A stretch of 64,000 nucleotides of DNA from Euglena gracilis (taxonomy: Eukaryota), in NCBI GenBank assembly GCA_039621445.1, contig CP154954.1:12518716-12582715 (forward strand), in the 5' to 3' direction. Shown here one piece after another: positions 1 to 49,030 of the stretch. Every line of letters begins with the position of its first letter. Position 1 is the first letter of the stretch. The notes under the pieces were generated by a model that did no database searches, was not told where the DNA came from, and saw only the letters and a program-made list of their open reading frames with translations. The translations under genes and the position numbers were made by a program.

Positions 1-566
1 AACATTCCAGCTGACGATCATTCTTTTCCCCAAAGTGTCAAAATCATGACCTGTCACCAAAATATGAATTTATTGGGATTTTTTTCCCGCCAGGCTCGAC
101 TGTCAACGTTGTCGGCGTCTCCCCGGAAGTTGTATTGGGCCGGTTTTCAAGACGTGCTGAGGTGGTGGTGGAGGAGGGGCATTTCAAACTCTTTCAAAAG
201 CAAATGCATGTCTCGCTTTTCCTCCATACCCATCATGAACATGTTGGAGCTTCTCCGCGAAAGCAGTAGGAACCTGCAGGCCACAAATAAGAGGCTTCCG
301 CACAATTCATGATCAATGTGAAATTGCAGCACATCTCGAGGGGTTGATTTCTTCGGCACAAAGTTCGTTTTATAGGATTCTATGGGGAAATTTGATTATT
401 GAAAGCTATGATGAACCCCAATAATTGTCTTAATTTGAATTATTAGGTACGTCCCCCTTTGATGATACAACATTTTACAAGGTCGAATTAAACAAAAGCA
501 CGAAAAATTGTTGTCCGTTCATTGCAACAAGAATGCCATCCCATCGTCAACCCCCCCCCCCCCCAG

Positions 567-36213
<35,647 letters not shown>

Positions 36214-39200
36214 CTCCGTCCCATGCTTCTTCTCCCTGCTGCACTGCTCGGCCAATGGTTTCCCTCCTCTTCGTGGTTTGTATATGCTATCACCATGGTC
36301 CATCATGGTTCGGACTTGCCCAGAGAACTCAGGCTATTTTCTAAGGAAGTTGTTTTTTTATCGAATGAGGTACCCCCCCCCGAAAAGTGCTCAAATTGCC
36401 TGAGGGCAAGGGTTTGTAGCAAGTTATTATTATTTTTTAAGGTACATTGTTCATGTTCAGACGGTTTCTTGGGAGAAGTTTTGTGCCATCAGCGCTAACA
36501 AGTATATCATTACCATGCTTATTTCAAAATTGCATATGAAATATGGCTGAATAAACATTACCATTATCCACACCTGTATGTCCGATCACCACATTCCATC
36601 ATCGAAGGTTCCTTTACAGGACTTCGGGGCTGTGCTCACCTTGTTGTGGCTACATGTAATTTTGCGCAGTGAGTCCAGGCTGCCAATCTCCTTCCGTTAA
36701 CCTGCTCTTATCACCAACCTGACCGTGATCAGGACTTCTTCTGCACTTATGGCCAGTTTGCCCCCCCCCCCCCAGGACTCTGTCCTGGGGGTGTCCTGGG
36801 GGGGTCCTGGGGGGGGGTCCCGCAACTTTTTGGCAAAAAATTTTGCAGCACAAGATGAGGTTATTTTGAAGCCCGCGGGGGTCCGGGGGGGGGGGGGGCA
36901 GGAGCCCCCCCCCCCCGGTAGCGGGCGCCGAAGGCGCCCAAAACTCCACGGTCAGTGGGTCATCTGGGTACCGCCCCCCAGTGGGTCTTGGGGGGGTCCT
37001 GGGGGGGTCCTGGGGGGGTCCTGGGGGGTTGCTGGGGTGGTCCTGGGGGGTCCTGGGGGGGTGGGGTCGTGGGGGGTTTTGGGGGGAAAACTGGCCATGA
37101 CTCTTCTTCTGATAAGAAGAAAAAAAAAGCTTTGATATGATATTCCCCAAACTTTTTTGTGTCGGCATTTTTTTTTCCAGTGGTTTGTAATTTAAGAATT
37201 TTTCTCACAAGTTGACCTTTTTGTTGACTTTGCATTTCCCTTGCATGTTTTTTTGCTCAATTTGTTGCTGCCTATTTTTGGACAAAAAAGTATTTTGTTA
37301 AAAGTGTTTCTGTTTTTCATCGGGTCTTCTTGCTAACACTCTTGTGGGCGGAACAAAATAAAACCCTGATGCACCGAGCCATTCCCGTTCAAGGCGTTCA
37401 CAGATGGGATACAATTTGGACCAGATAATGAGACCCCACTAGTTGAGGATGCCGAGGATTTGGGGATGCTAGGGTAGGCAAAAAAAACCCCGCTATTTTT
37501 GGTGATACATTGGCCCCTCCTCCAAATCCTGCCTGGGAATCATGTCCCTGAATCGCTGTGAGTCCTGTGCCGTCTTTCTCTCCATGAAACCTCTCACTAG
37601 CCCTTTGTTGCATGAACTTTCCATTCAGACAGGGCGTCCCTTAAGCCGGAGGGCACCCGTCCCCCCATGGGGGGGGTCAGCCAGCCAGCAGCTTGATTCC
37701 AGCCTGGGACTCCCTTCCCTCCCCCTCCCATGAGTTCTTTTTATTTTATTATCCAGCCTTCAATTTTTCAGCCCTTCAGGTGTGGCGGCTTTTTCAGGCG
37801 TGACAGCTTTTTTTTGCTTTTCTAGGTTCAAAAATGGGCCAAAAATGGGAAATAATTGTAGGCTTTGGGCCAATTTCTGCACATTTGGTATTTTTGCATG
37901 GTTAGTTCCCCAGCCGGGCACCGGTTTAGCCAGGGTGACCTTATGGCAGAGAGAAAAAGGGAGTCAAGCTGCAGACTTTTTTCCCAACCAGCCCAAATTT
38001 TCCAGCCTCTGAGCTGGACCCCCCTCCCATGGCTGTCGTCAAGCAACGCCCCGATTCAACACCGAACTGCCGTCCAATTGTCTGCTCTGTATGTCTTTCT
38101 TGTGTGACAACATTTTTGGCAACATTCCGACACAGTCGCACCTGGTTTATGACATGGAAATCCGTGCTTGGGATTTTGCCCTTCGATTTCCCACATGCTG
38201 TGCTGGCCATTCACAACCCACTTGGCTTCCCTGCCCTCACAACCATCATCCCATTTCCAATTTCTTCACCCCCTCAGTCAATGGAGGAAGTTTTCATTGT
38301 CATGAAAAACAAATTTGGTGGTGGTTCAGTATGATGGGTGTGAAACCCATTCATTGAGGACGGTCACAATTGGTCAAGTCTGGTGCGTTGTCGCCAGTAT
38401 TTCCGAGGCTCTATATAGTTCCTCCTGCTTCATTGTGGCTGTGGGGTGGTTTGCCGAACAAATACCGATCTGCCCATTTTCCTAATTCCATCGCTACGTA
38501 CCGCCCCCCCCCCCACCCCCCCCCCCCCCCCCCCCCCCCACACCCCCCCCCCCCCCCCCACCCCCCCCCCCCCACCCCCCCCCCCACCCCACCCCCCCGC
38601 CTGCCCCCCCCCTCCCCCACACCCCCCCAACACCCCACCCCCCCGCCCCCGCCCCCCCCCAGCCACCGCCCACCCCCCCCCCCAAGCAAATCGAGAGGCT
38701 TTTTTCACAACCCAATTTTCGCTAAGTCATTTTTCTGGGATGTGTCTCAAAAGAATCTCATTGAAAGATTTACACGTCGGAAAAAATGGCGCGGAGCATT
38801 GGCATTCGACATTTTACGGGCAGAATGAGCGGTCCTGGAAGTCACCACCCCGCACGGGATTAGCAAATTTTGACTGGTCCCGTCAGTCATATCAAAGTCT
38901 TTTTGAAGGCCTACCCTGTCGTGGTCAAAACTTTGGCCTCCAGTTGCTGTGACGGATGGGGGAGGGGGTTCGGCCTATTGTTGGTCAAAGTGGCCTTGAA
39001 CGAGGATGGTTGGGGCAAAATGGCAAAAAGACTCTTGAATCAAAGTGGGCTGGATCAAGGACACGTGCGGTAAAATGGCTTTGATGAAGGTCATGCATCA
39101 GAACCGGTTTCTTTTTGAAATGGAAAATTCCGCTCCACCTTTTCACAGGACATCTTCCAACGCGATGGCCATCCCTCTCCCAAGTGATTTGAGCTATGCG

Positions 39201-39798
39201 CTGGTGGTCATTGGGTTGTCGCTGTTCCTAAATGTGGTGCTGCTGAAACCAAAGGACCAAAGGTTAGGAAAGCCTTTTCTCAAATTTCATTATCCCCCAG
39301 GACGCACTCGCCATGCAGTTCCGGACGTCTTCGGTGCCCGCTGCTGGAGGGGTTACCCCCAACACTGGTCTTAAAAATAACATCACTACACGCGGAAGTT
39401 TTTGAGATTTTGGGGTTTTTGTGTTGAGGTATGCCCCCCGACCCCCCCCCAGGACCCTCATTTTTTGGGGTTTTTCCCCCCACATCCCCCACACTTCCAC
39501 CCGCAAAAAAGAGAGATTGTTCCCCCCCCCCGAAACCCCTCATCAAAGTCATAAAAAGTATTTTCCCCCCCACTCCCCCAGCCCTCCCACAAATCCCACA
39601 GTTTTTTGTTTGTACCCCGACACCCCCACAATATGTGTGTATTTTTTTCACCCACTCCACCCTTCAATGGAAAAAAGTTTTCTTTTCGGGTGAGGCCTGT
39701 TTCCCCCTCCCCCAAAATCTACCGCCCCAGGACCCTTCCCCCCAGGACTCCACAGGACCCCCAAAATACCAGCCCCCCCCCCCAGTTTAAAAAAAAAG

Positions 39799-40393
39799 AT
39801 GGCACCCCATTCTCCCCAGAACCCATCCCAATTGCCTCCCAGATCTGAGAGCACTGGTGGAGTGGTGTTTTGACAGGTGATAGTGATTGCCCAGTGCCTG
39901 GTGGCGCCACCAAAGACCTTTTGGCAACATCATTTTGGAAAAGGACGGCTTTTGCAAAACCGCATTCACTGCAATCAGGATTGCTCCAGCGTATCAAGAA
40001 CATTCCGTGTACAATTCCCTGTCCGGACGGGGTGACAGGGGTTGACAGCTTGAAATGGGCTCCCCAGTCATTTTTTCCCTTCTGGGATGTTCCAGTGGAT
40101 AGTGTCAACAGTTTCACCAGAACATCACGTGAGAGAGGTCCATTGAAATTCACCAAAGGCGATCCATTTCATTGTCCCCGTTTTGTTTGTGCAAGTCTGT
40201 GCAACAGCAAATTTTACATCTATATCGCTCGGAGTCAAATTGTATTTCTGCTGTCTTGCAACACTGCAGTGGTGCCACCAGGCACTGGGCAGTCACTATC
40301 ACCTGTCAAAACACCACACCACCAGTGCTCTCAGCTCTGGGAGGCATTTGGGATGGGTTCCGTGGAGTCTCTGAAAATTTACTTGCCACACTG
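39799..40393. mobile_element. Left-truncated copy of the Tc1/mariner-type MITE
   Basis: Homologous to 41423-42158; ends AAATTTACTTGCCACACTG|TA. Confidence 0.8.
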
Positions 40394-40546
40394 TATATAT
40401 ATATATATATATCTATCTATATATATATATATATATATATATATCTATATCTATATATATAGATATATATATATAGATATAGATATATACAAAGATATAC
40501 ATATATATATATATATATTATATATGTATATGTATGTATGTATATA

Positions 40547-40832
40547 TGGCAGCTCCCAACTATATGGCCCCCCCCAGCGGGGGTGCATATAGTTGGGAGG
40601 GGGGGGTCAAGATGATTTTTTTTGTGTTAATGACGGAATAGGGCTAGGTGCGCAATTTAGGGTTAGGGTTAGGCCTAACTTTTAGATGGGTGTTCGGTGT
40701 ACAAGTTAGGCCTAACCCTAAGCCTAAGTCGCGCACCTAACCCCACTCCATCATTAACACAACAAACTCCATCCCCCCCCCTCTCCCAACTATATGCCCC
40801 CCCCTGGGGGGCCATATAGTTGGGAGCTGCCA
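40547..40832. mobile_element. Foldback MITE with internal TTAGGG/CCCTAA repeats, inserted in (TA)n
   Basis: TA|TGGCAGCTCCCAACTATATGGCCCCCC ... GGGGGGCCATATAGTTGGGAGCTGCCA|TA; nearly the whole element is palindromic. Confidence 0.85.
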
Positions 40833-40919
40833 TATATATACATATGTATGTATGTATGTGTGTATATATATGTGTGTGTGTATATGTATATGTATATGAT
40901 GTTTGTTGGTGAGGTGTGT

Positions 40920-41173
40920 TTTTGTACCTGAGCAAGCATTCGCCTATCAAAAAGATGGGAAAGCACACCTCTGTGATACGCACGGGGATGCCCACCACCA
41001 GTCCGTGCAGCGACTTGTCCCGAATCCCGAATCTGCTTGAAAATGGACTGCACGGTGCTGCGGCCGAGGCGTTCGGCAGTGGCGATGGCCCCATAGCTGG
41101 AGCCACCACAAAAGGAAGCCCAAATCCGGGCCCGCTGAGCATCATGCACAGGGCTGGATCGCTTGGGTGGCAT
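40920..41173 (-). pseudogene. Tc1/mariner (IS630-like) transposase N-terminal HTH fragment
   Basis: MPPKRSSPVHDAQRARIWASFCGGSSYGAIATAERLGRSTVQSIFKQIRDSGQVAARTGGGHPR: paired-type HTH followed by a GRPR-like motif. Confidence 0.75.
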
Positions 41174-41422
41174 TGTGCAGAAATGCTCTGCGGACATGCA
41201 GGAGCACATTTTACGTTACGATGCCACCAAATGGGACAGGCAACATGGCAACACGCACGTTGTACGGACCTCCAGTGGATCCTTCACATTTTTTCTTGGG
41301 AGGTACCCCCCCATGCCTACTGCGTACATATGTGTACATATGTGTACATATGTATATGTGTATATATATGTATATATATATATGTATATATATGTATATA
41401 TATACATATATATATATATATA

Positions 41423-42158
41423 CAGTGTGGCAAGTAAATTTTCAGACCCAAGTGCCAAGTAAATTTTCAAACCCTGAAAAAATAAAAAAAATGATGGCAC
41501 CCCACACTCCACAGTGCCATCCCCAATCGCCTCCCAGACGCCTCCCAGAGTTGAGAGCACTGGTGGAGTGGTGCTTTGACAGGCGATTGTGACTGCTGTG
41601 CCCGATAGCACCACCGAAGACCGTTTGGACACATCATTTTGGAAAAGGACGGATTTTGCAAACCGCATTCACTGCAGTCTAGATAGAAGCAGGCTTGCTC
41701 CGTGCACAATTGCCTGTCTGGGTGGGGTGAGAGGGGTTGACAGCTGGAAATGGGCTCCCCAGTCATTTTTTCCGTCTGGGCTCGCAAATTGCGTTTTGTT
41801 GGACGTTCACAGTGGATGGGCATACCAGTTTCACCAAAGTTTTGTGCGTGAGAAGTCCATTGAAATTCGCCAAAGGCGGTCCATTTCATTGTCCCCGTTT
41901 TGTTTGTGCAAGTCTGTGCAACAGCAAATTTTACATCCATAACACTCGGTGCCAAATTGTATTTTTGTTGTTCTGCAATACCACGGTGTCGCCATTGGGC
42001 ACTTAGCAGTCACAATCGCCTGCCAAAGCACCACTCCACCAGTGCTCTCAATTCTGGATGATACTGTGGAGTGTGGGGTGCCATCATTTTTTTTGATTTT
42101 TTTTCAGGGTCTGAAAATTTATTTGGCATTTGGGTCTGAAAATTTACTTGCCACACTG
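41423..42158. mobile_element. Tc1/mariner-type MITE with long (~170 bp) imperfect TIRs
   Basis: TA|CAGTGTGGCAAGTAAATTTTCAGACCCAA ... TTGGGTCTGAAAATTTACTTGCCACACTG|TA, in a (TA)n tract. Confidence 0.9.
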
Positions 42159-42866
42159 TACATAATGTATATGTATATATGCATATACATGTATTTCTGT
42201 ATGTATATATGTACTGTATATATGTATGTATATATGTATATATATATATATGTATACACATATATATTTGTGTGTGTATATATATATATATACATACAAA
42301 CATGTACATGCATATACATTTATATAATGCATATGTATGAAAAAAAAGTTCTTAAGGTTGGAAGAGTGGAAGTGACCCCCCCGGGTTGAGAACAGAATTT
42401 TTTGGCTGGGAGCTCCTTGAGGGGCGCAAATTTAGGACTTTGCAGCCCTCTCTCGCCGCACTGTTGCCCCACCAACCGGTATGGGATTGGCCGCCTCTGG
42501 CAGTGTGGGCCGGGAGACACCACCTCTCCCCCATCTGCTCTCCATCGTTCGGTGCACATGACAGTCTTTTAGGCATGATGTGCCAGAGGTCGTGCCTTGG
42601 ACCATTCCACGATGGCCACACTCAGACATTTATTTCGAGGCAATTATTTTTAGTGTTTTAAGTCATTTTAATTCATTTTTTAAGCTCTTTAAGGTATTTT
42701 CGGTCCAAGGGCAACACGGGAAGCGAACCAAGGTTTTTGGTTTTGCAAATTTGCTAAAACCAAAAATGTCAAAACTCATTTTTTGGGTTTTTGTTGGATG
42801 GACAATGTTCAACCGATGCCAGAAATCATTTTTTCTTCCCAGAGTTGGCATGTTTTTGCTGAGATA

Positions 42867-42945
<79 letters not shown>

Positions 42946-43399
42946 ATTGGCAAGAGTTTGCATTTGGGGGCCTTTGGCGGTTTTGAGATTCTAAAACTCA
43001 AAAAAAAATGGTACCGAGCTGGAGCTTAAATGATGACATTTAGGCAAAATAGGCGCAGAATTATGTTGGGGAACATGTAAACTTTCCGCATTTATATCCC
43101 GGTTTTATGGTTTTGCCAGGATTTCAAGACCCTCAGGGGGTTTGTATATTTGGGGATTACGTGCAAGCACCTATATAGTAAAAATCGCCGAAAATGGCCG
43201 AAAATGAAATTTTGGGCTCTATAGGTGGGGGTCCCGAAAATGGCCAAAAATGGCCGAAAATGATCGAAAAGAAAAAAATTATTGCAATTTTTTCGAGTTT
43301 TTTTTGCCTAACAGTTTCTTTTTCCCTAAGGACCAATTTCCAGTGCGACTGATTCTTGTATCGCCTCTCTTCTCCTGTCATCATGCCTGGCCCTGGAAC

Positions 43400-44330
43400 G
43401 CATGCCGTTCAAAGAACCACCTCCGAATGGGTTATTTGGGCTAAAGCTGAAAGTTTTGATGCCATTTCAGAAAATTGTGGTGACAAGGTGCAACCAGGCA
43501 AAGTATGTGAAGCGTTTTTTTTTCTCCGTTAACGTTGTGATTCCTTCACTGGGTTTATTGCACACTGTTCGCAAAGTGGATGGCAGCTAACAGTGCCACC
43601 TTCAAACAACACTGCTAGGGGTATCAAGTTGGAAAAAGTCAGGGGAAGTTGTTGTGAAAGCATCCATGCCAGGGATGAGAAAGTTGAGTGACCTCCTTGT
43701 TGATGGACATTTTTATGTGGCTATTGTCATGGATGAGACAGATGACTCCCGCCCCACCAATGGTTTCATTGTAACCGTTGAGGTATGCGCGACACAATAA
43801 TTGGGTTTTAGGTCCATTTTGAATTCAGGTTCTCTAGATACCCAAATTGATGTCAGAAGGGGATGATCCCACAAAATTTCAATCGTTCAGCCTACAGTTG
43901 GCATTCCGGAAGGTCGTCAATGCCACACCATCAGCGATTTGCTGGACACTGTATTATTTGTATTTTTTTTTCAAATCGATTTTAATTTTAATTTCCAGGT
44001 TTGAAGAGACTCCGAGGGAACGACACAAGGTCGTTTTCTTATTTTGATGAAGTGGTATATCATCAAAAGTACTTTCAACCGATGCCCCCTTTCTATTCAG
44101 TCTCAATGGATACAACTTTTTTCTTAATTTTACAGGTTCACAGATATGGTGGTAAGCCAAATGCAAACGTCTCAAATTTGACAAAAAATCTTTCACATCC
44201 AAGAGCGGGATCAAAAACTGTTATGAAAGTGGTTGCGATTTGGGAAACAAGATAGTTACCCGTTTGCATGGGTGGATTGCTGACCTCAAATGTCACAATG
44301 GCCAATCTGCTTTCAACTGAGTGAGCACAT
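43400..44330 (+). pseudogene. Decayed hAT-family transposase fragment with short GT-AG introns
   Basis: GHFYVAIVMDETDD (D at 43732) resembles the hAT first catalytic-Asp motif; then NAT-ISDLLDT and SFSYFDEVVY; probable introns 43783-43828 and ~43951-43998; stops and frameshifts. Confidence 0.6.
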
Positions 44331-44404
44331 ATTGGAGCAAAACACTCTTTAATCCCCAAACGGATCTCCTTGGATCCGTTTGCTTGATTTGTTGCTCACA
44401 ACTA

Positions 44405-44816
44405 CCCCCCCCCCCTATGTCCAACAACCCCCCTATGTTCAATGACCACCACCCCGGTCAGAGGACACCTTTTTGGAGGTTTGACCAAATTTTTGGTCCC
44501 GGCGCAAAGCGCCGGGACGAAAAATTTTGCCCAAAAATTGGCCAAAAATTTGGCCAAAATGCCATTTTTGACACTTTTTGGACAAAAAAATTGTCCAAAT
44601 TGCCCAAAATTTTCGGCGCAAAGCGCCGGAAGGGAAAATTTGGGCATTTTTGGGTGGGTAGGGACCCGGGTGCTCACCAACTTTCTTTTGACCCCATGTC
44701 CAACGACCACCCCCCCCAGTCGGAGGACACCTTTTTGGTCACTACCCTATGTCCAACGACCACCCCCCCCCGGTCAGAGGACAGAGGTTACCGGTCATTG
44801 GACATAGGGGGGGGGG
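44405..44816. mobile_element. MITE family B copy
   Basis: Near-identical to 26883-27291; TA flanks. Confidence 0.85.
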
Positions 44817-45111
44817 TAAGGTAATTTTGCCCCACCTATGGGAAAAAATGGCCGAAAATGGCCCAAAATGGCCGAAAATGTCCGAAAATGGCCGACAATG
44901 GCAAGAAATCTGGGGGTCAACTATGGTTAGGGTTAGGTCCCTTTCGTTTCGTGCCCATCACTGGCAAGGAGTTTCTCAGCATGCTGTCAAAAAGAAGAAA
45001 GGAAGGAATAAAAAATGCAACCAGCAGAAGCAGAGGCAAAGACCAGCACGAAAAGCATGGAGTGGGGGGATCACATAACATGCACCAACACACACAAGCA
45101 CACACGCCACG

Positions 45112-45150
<39 letters not shown>

Positions 45151-45871
45151 ACACAGAATTTCAAATTCCTTGCCCATCCTCAGCCCCATCTTTGACAGAC
45201 GGTTCATCGCCATTCCTTTCCCAACTGCATTCTCGAACTGCCACTCTCCCTCCTGCCTGTCCGTGCCATAAGGGATGTTCCTTGACCATGCCGCTTCTCA
45301 CCAAACACCGATCATTTAGAATCCTCGGCGAAACATGACCGGGTTTCATTGTTACCGAAAAATGTACCAACCCCTCCCCCCACAGATACACGAGACGATG
45401 CCATGTTGCTTGGTGGTGTTTCCACCTGAACATGACAAATTTTTCGCTCCTAACAGCCTAACAGCCTAACAGCTCCGTCAGAGTTCATTGAGATGATACC
45501 CAGCAGTTTTGACCCGAGTGGTTGGTGTGAACTATTCTCTGTCTGGAGGTCTTTTTCAAAGTTTGAAGTAAACACCTCTTCCTCTCCTGGGAGTTGTCTG
45601 GTTTGCTTCAAAGCAAGAAAATGGCAACATTATTCGCAATATTTCCAATCTTTTTTCATTCCGTTCCATTTTCTATTCAAGTTGCCCACGTTAATCAACG
45701 TTCCCCTTTTCCACAAAAGGATGAATATGAAAATCATATGTAACACCGACAACCAAAGAATGTCGCCCCTCCCTGGTTGGCTGTCTTTGGTGACATAGGA
45801 AAAGCATGGGTTTTTTTACACATAGGTTTACAACGTAGGTTTTTTTGGCACCTGGTCGTAGGACCCCCCCC

Positions 45872-46255
45872 CAGGGTTTGATATAAGGAGGGCGTACATG
45901 GTTTAGGTGGGGGGTGTCCCACCCCACCCCCCCCCCCCCCACCTGCAAGGGGGGTCCGGACCCCCCCCCCCCCCACCTGCCAGGGGGGTCCGGACCGACC
46001 CTGGGGGGTATCCGGGACCCCCCCCCAAAAAGGGTCAATTTTTTTTTTGCATTTTTGGCACATTTTTGCCCAAAAAGTGCCCAAAATGGCACTTTTGGTC
46101 CTTTTGGGGGGTCAAAAATTTTCGGCCCGGCGCGAAATTCGGTCACCCAGACCGCCACTGTTTAGGTAGGGGGGGTGTCCCTCCACCCCCCCCCTCCTGG
46201 CCCGCAGGGGGGGGGGTCGGGACCACCCCCCCACCTGTCCTTATATCGAACCCTG
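45872..46255. mobile_element. hAT-like MITE with CAGGG...CCCTG ends
   Basis: CAGGGTTTGATATAAGGA / TCCTTATATCGAACCCTG (17/18 TIR); flanked by C-runs, exactly 8 C on the left. Confidence 0.75.
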
Positions 46256-46454
46256 CCCCCCCCCCCGGTTGGGGGTTGCAGGTCAGGGGATGCTTATGAC
46301 CCCCCCCCTGGTCGGCGGTTGTAGGAATCCAATGCATGAAATACAAATGAATGATAAGTTTAGAAAAATATAAAATGAAAGGTTGCTTTTGAGGCGTGCT
46401 GCACTTTCAGTTTTTATCAGCAAATTTCCAGTTTTGCCATTTTGCTCAGTTTTT

Positions 46455-49030
46455 GGGGACCAGCTCTGCATAGCAGCCCTGGACCCCCCTCATCCTGAAT
46501 GGCGGGAGGGCCACACAGCACCCGTTTTTTTTTTTTTTTTTAGGGCCTGCACCTTTTCGCACCCAGTGGGCTGGTCCTTCAGGAACTCCTATGGTTGACA
46601 ATTTTTTGGATTGGACCAACAATTGGACCATTAATTTGCCCTGAATTGGAAAAGGTGGTTCCGTCGGGAACCGTTGAATTAGGCATATGCCTCCAGGAGA
46701 GCACAATGTCTGCCCATCCCCTTGTCTGCCGTTCTTCTGTCTTTTCTGTCCACTCCTTTACGACCGTCTGACCTCTTCCGAGGCTGGGCCACCCCCCCCC
46801 CCCCCAGGCGGTGGTTGGGCGGAGCAGAGGCGGATTCACTGTTGTGTGTTCCTCCTAATTGCACCCCCAAAACCCCTCACAAACACGTGAGCATGCAAAC
46901 ACACACAGAACTGGTTTATTCTTTGCCCACATTCATTGACTCGAACCCAGCACAAAACCCTGCACAAATGGAACATTACGTCACACCATCAAAAATGTAT
47001 ATGACCTGGTGTGTGAAAATGGCTGGTCTGGTCAATTTCTTAAGTCAAAGGGGACCGTTCGCCTGGGGATATGGGTCCATCCAGCCAGCACCTTTTTCTT
47101 GCCTTTCCTGCCTTGTTTGCTGCCCCACACAACTTCAGCTGGGATGCGGCCGCGGCGCCAAAGAAATATTTTGCCAGGCAGACTGCACCGAAGAAATCGA
47201 CGCAAGGCGAATTTTTTTCTAAAAATCGGTAAAAAATGGCCAAATGGATTTTGAAAGACTCAAAATGATTTCAGATTCTGCTTGGAATGGTCCCATCTCT
47301 CCCCCATCCACGCGGTGCAGCCTCATTTCAAAATTCGCAATAACCTCCTTCCACCCTCCTTATTGCCTTTCATCATCGTTCCCATCGCCATCCCAGATTC
47401 TTTGTGTTGTTGACCGGGTGGTTCTGAAGACACCGAGTGCTAGAATGGGAACGTGGTGGATGGTGACTCAATACTCTTCATCGTCCCTTGTTTCCAGGAC
47501 GCCGAAAATTTAGGTTGGAGAATGTTTAGTTTTTTGCTATTTCGGGCACTGTATGTGTCGGACGTCTGCCCCCCCCCTTTCTCTTTCTCTGAGGCACAGC
47601 GTGTCGTTGACACTCCCGCTGTTGTCAACGACACATTCCTGGGACATTTTTGTGGTTTTTCCTCCCCTTGAAGTGCTGCGACTTTGACACACTGTGCCGC
47701 TTGTCTCCGAAGCCTCCCCCAGCAACCAAGCATTTGGGTACATAAATTTTGGTTTTATTATTGGTTTCCCCCGCCACATATCAAATACAAATGGGACGAA
47801 AGATTATTTATTTTATTCTAGTGGCAAATCAAAATTTGGTGGGAATTGTTTGGTTGCATTTTTCTTTCCTATCAAGTCCGGATTTCTCACACACAAGGCA
47901 GTTCGTAAACCGTGTCGGTTAATCAGGGTTTGTGATAGGTTTGCGGCTGGCCCCGTAGTATAGTGGCCGAAATGTTTTTCTTCCACCCATTCCCACCCAC
48001 TGGTTGGAATCAAGCCAGAGACCACGTAGGCCACTGGCTGACTGCTCCACTACTGAGAACACAGTACTGTAAAAAATAAATTGCACTGTTACTGTAATAA
48101 ATAAATTGCACTGTGTGATCACATTGGCAGTGCGCAGGAAGGATTTCCAGAGCACTGTGACTACCCCGCCTCTCCCCCCCACCCCAGCAGAAACCTTGCC
48201 CTCCAACCGGCTCTGCCCATTTGTCCCCCTTTAATGTTCAGAGCTACCTCGCTGCCCGAACCGTCGAGTTTTGCTTTTGGGGTCTGGGGGAGGGTGGTTT
48301 TCTGTGTAAAACACAATCTGTGAACCCGAAAGAAAAAAGTTGCCCAGCTTAGCAGAATGACTGGATGTTCGTGTGTGAAACTTCAACCCCCAAAGATAAC
48401 CACGGGGCAATTGAAGGCATTTGGTTTGTTGTGGAGTTCTCTGAAATCTAACACAGCCCAAATGCACCTCGGAATGGGGACCAAGGTGGCAAGGAGGGGT
48501 GGGCCAGTTTCCCTGGCTTGGAGTGGCGTTGCAATGGTGGCGACCCGGGCCTTGCGTGCGGCTGCACTCACGGACTGGGGCCACGGGGGTGCAGGAAGGG
48601 TGTGGGGACCATGCCCCCCGGGAGAAGGTCAGTTTCCACTTTCAAAAAAACCAGTCAGTCATTTTTTTAAAAAAAAATCGGTCCCAGTTCGCAGCAGTCG
48701 GTCACTTTGGCCATTCAGCCAATAAATCTCAAAATCAATGACCAAAAACCTCCCAAAGAAGTCCAGTGCTTTCGGCGCGGGGTGGCAACTTTCAGCCATT
48801 CTGGCCGACCCCCCCCCCCGTGGGGGTCTGGAGCCAAAAACAAGTCAGTCATTCCAAAAAAAACCCAGTCAGTCACCCCCGTGGGTGGGTTCAGACACAC
48901 CTGAACATGGTGTGGACCCCCCACCGGCACCAATGTGGCGCGTGCGCACTCTGGCCGCTGTGATGCTGGGCACCACAGCGGCCGGGAGACCCGGACGGCG
49001 GCCGGACAAACTGGGGTGCAGGCGACATAG
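46455..49030 (-). CDS. Candidate divergent gene with ribonuclease-inhibitor-like leucine-rich repeats (partial model)
   Basis: Minus-strand exon-like pieces in collinear order: ~48900-49030, ~48470-48578, 47997-48037 (SGLRGLWLDSNQ, AG/GT-bounded), ~47130-47205 (VDFFGAVCLAKYFF), ~46460-46505 (IQDEGGPGLLCRA); not fully spliced. Confidence 0.4.

Noticed and set aside
1-360. ORFs 46-312 and 147-359
   Set aside because: No GC3 bias or recognisable motif; probably a decayed repeat inside an intron of gene 1.
38503-38683. Pro/Gly-rich ORFs
   Set aside because: A poly-C low-complexity tract; similar case at 53225-53462.
37990-39360. Coding-like decayed sequence, possibly a retroelement
   Set aside because: Multiple stops and no motif I could recognise; cannot be assigned without a database search.
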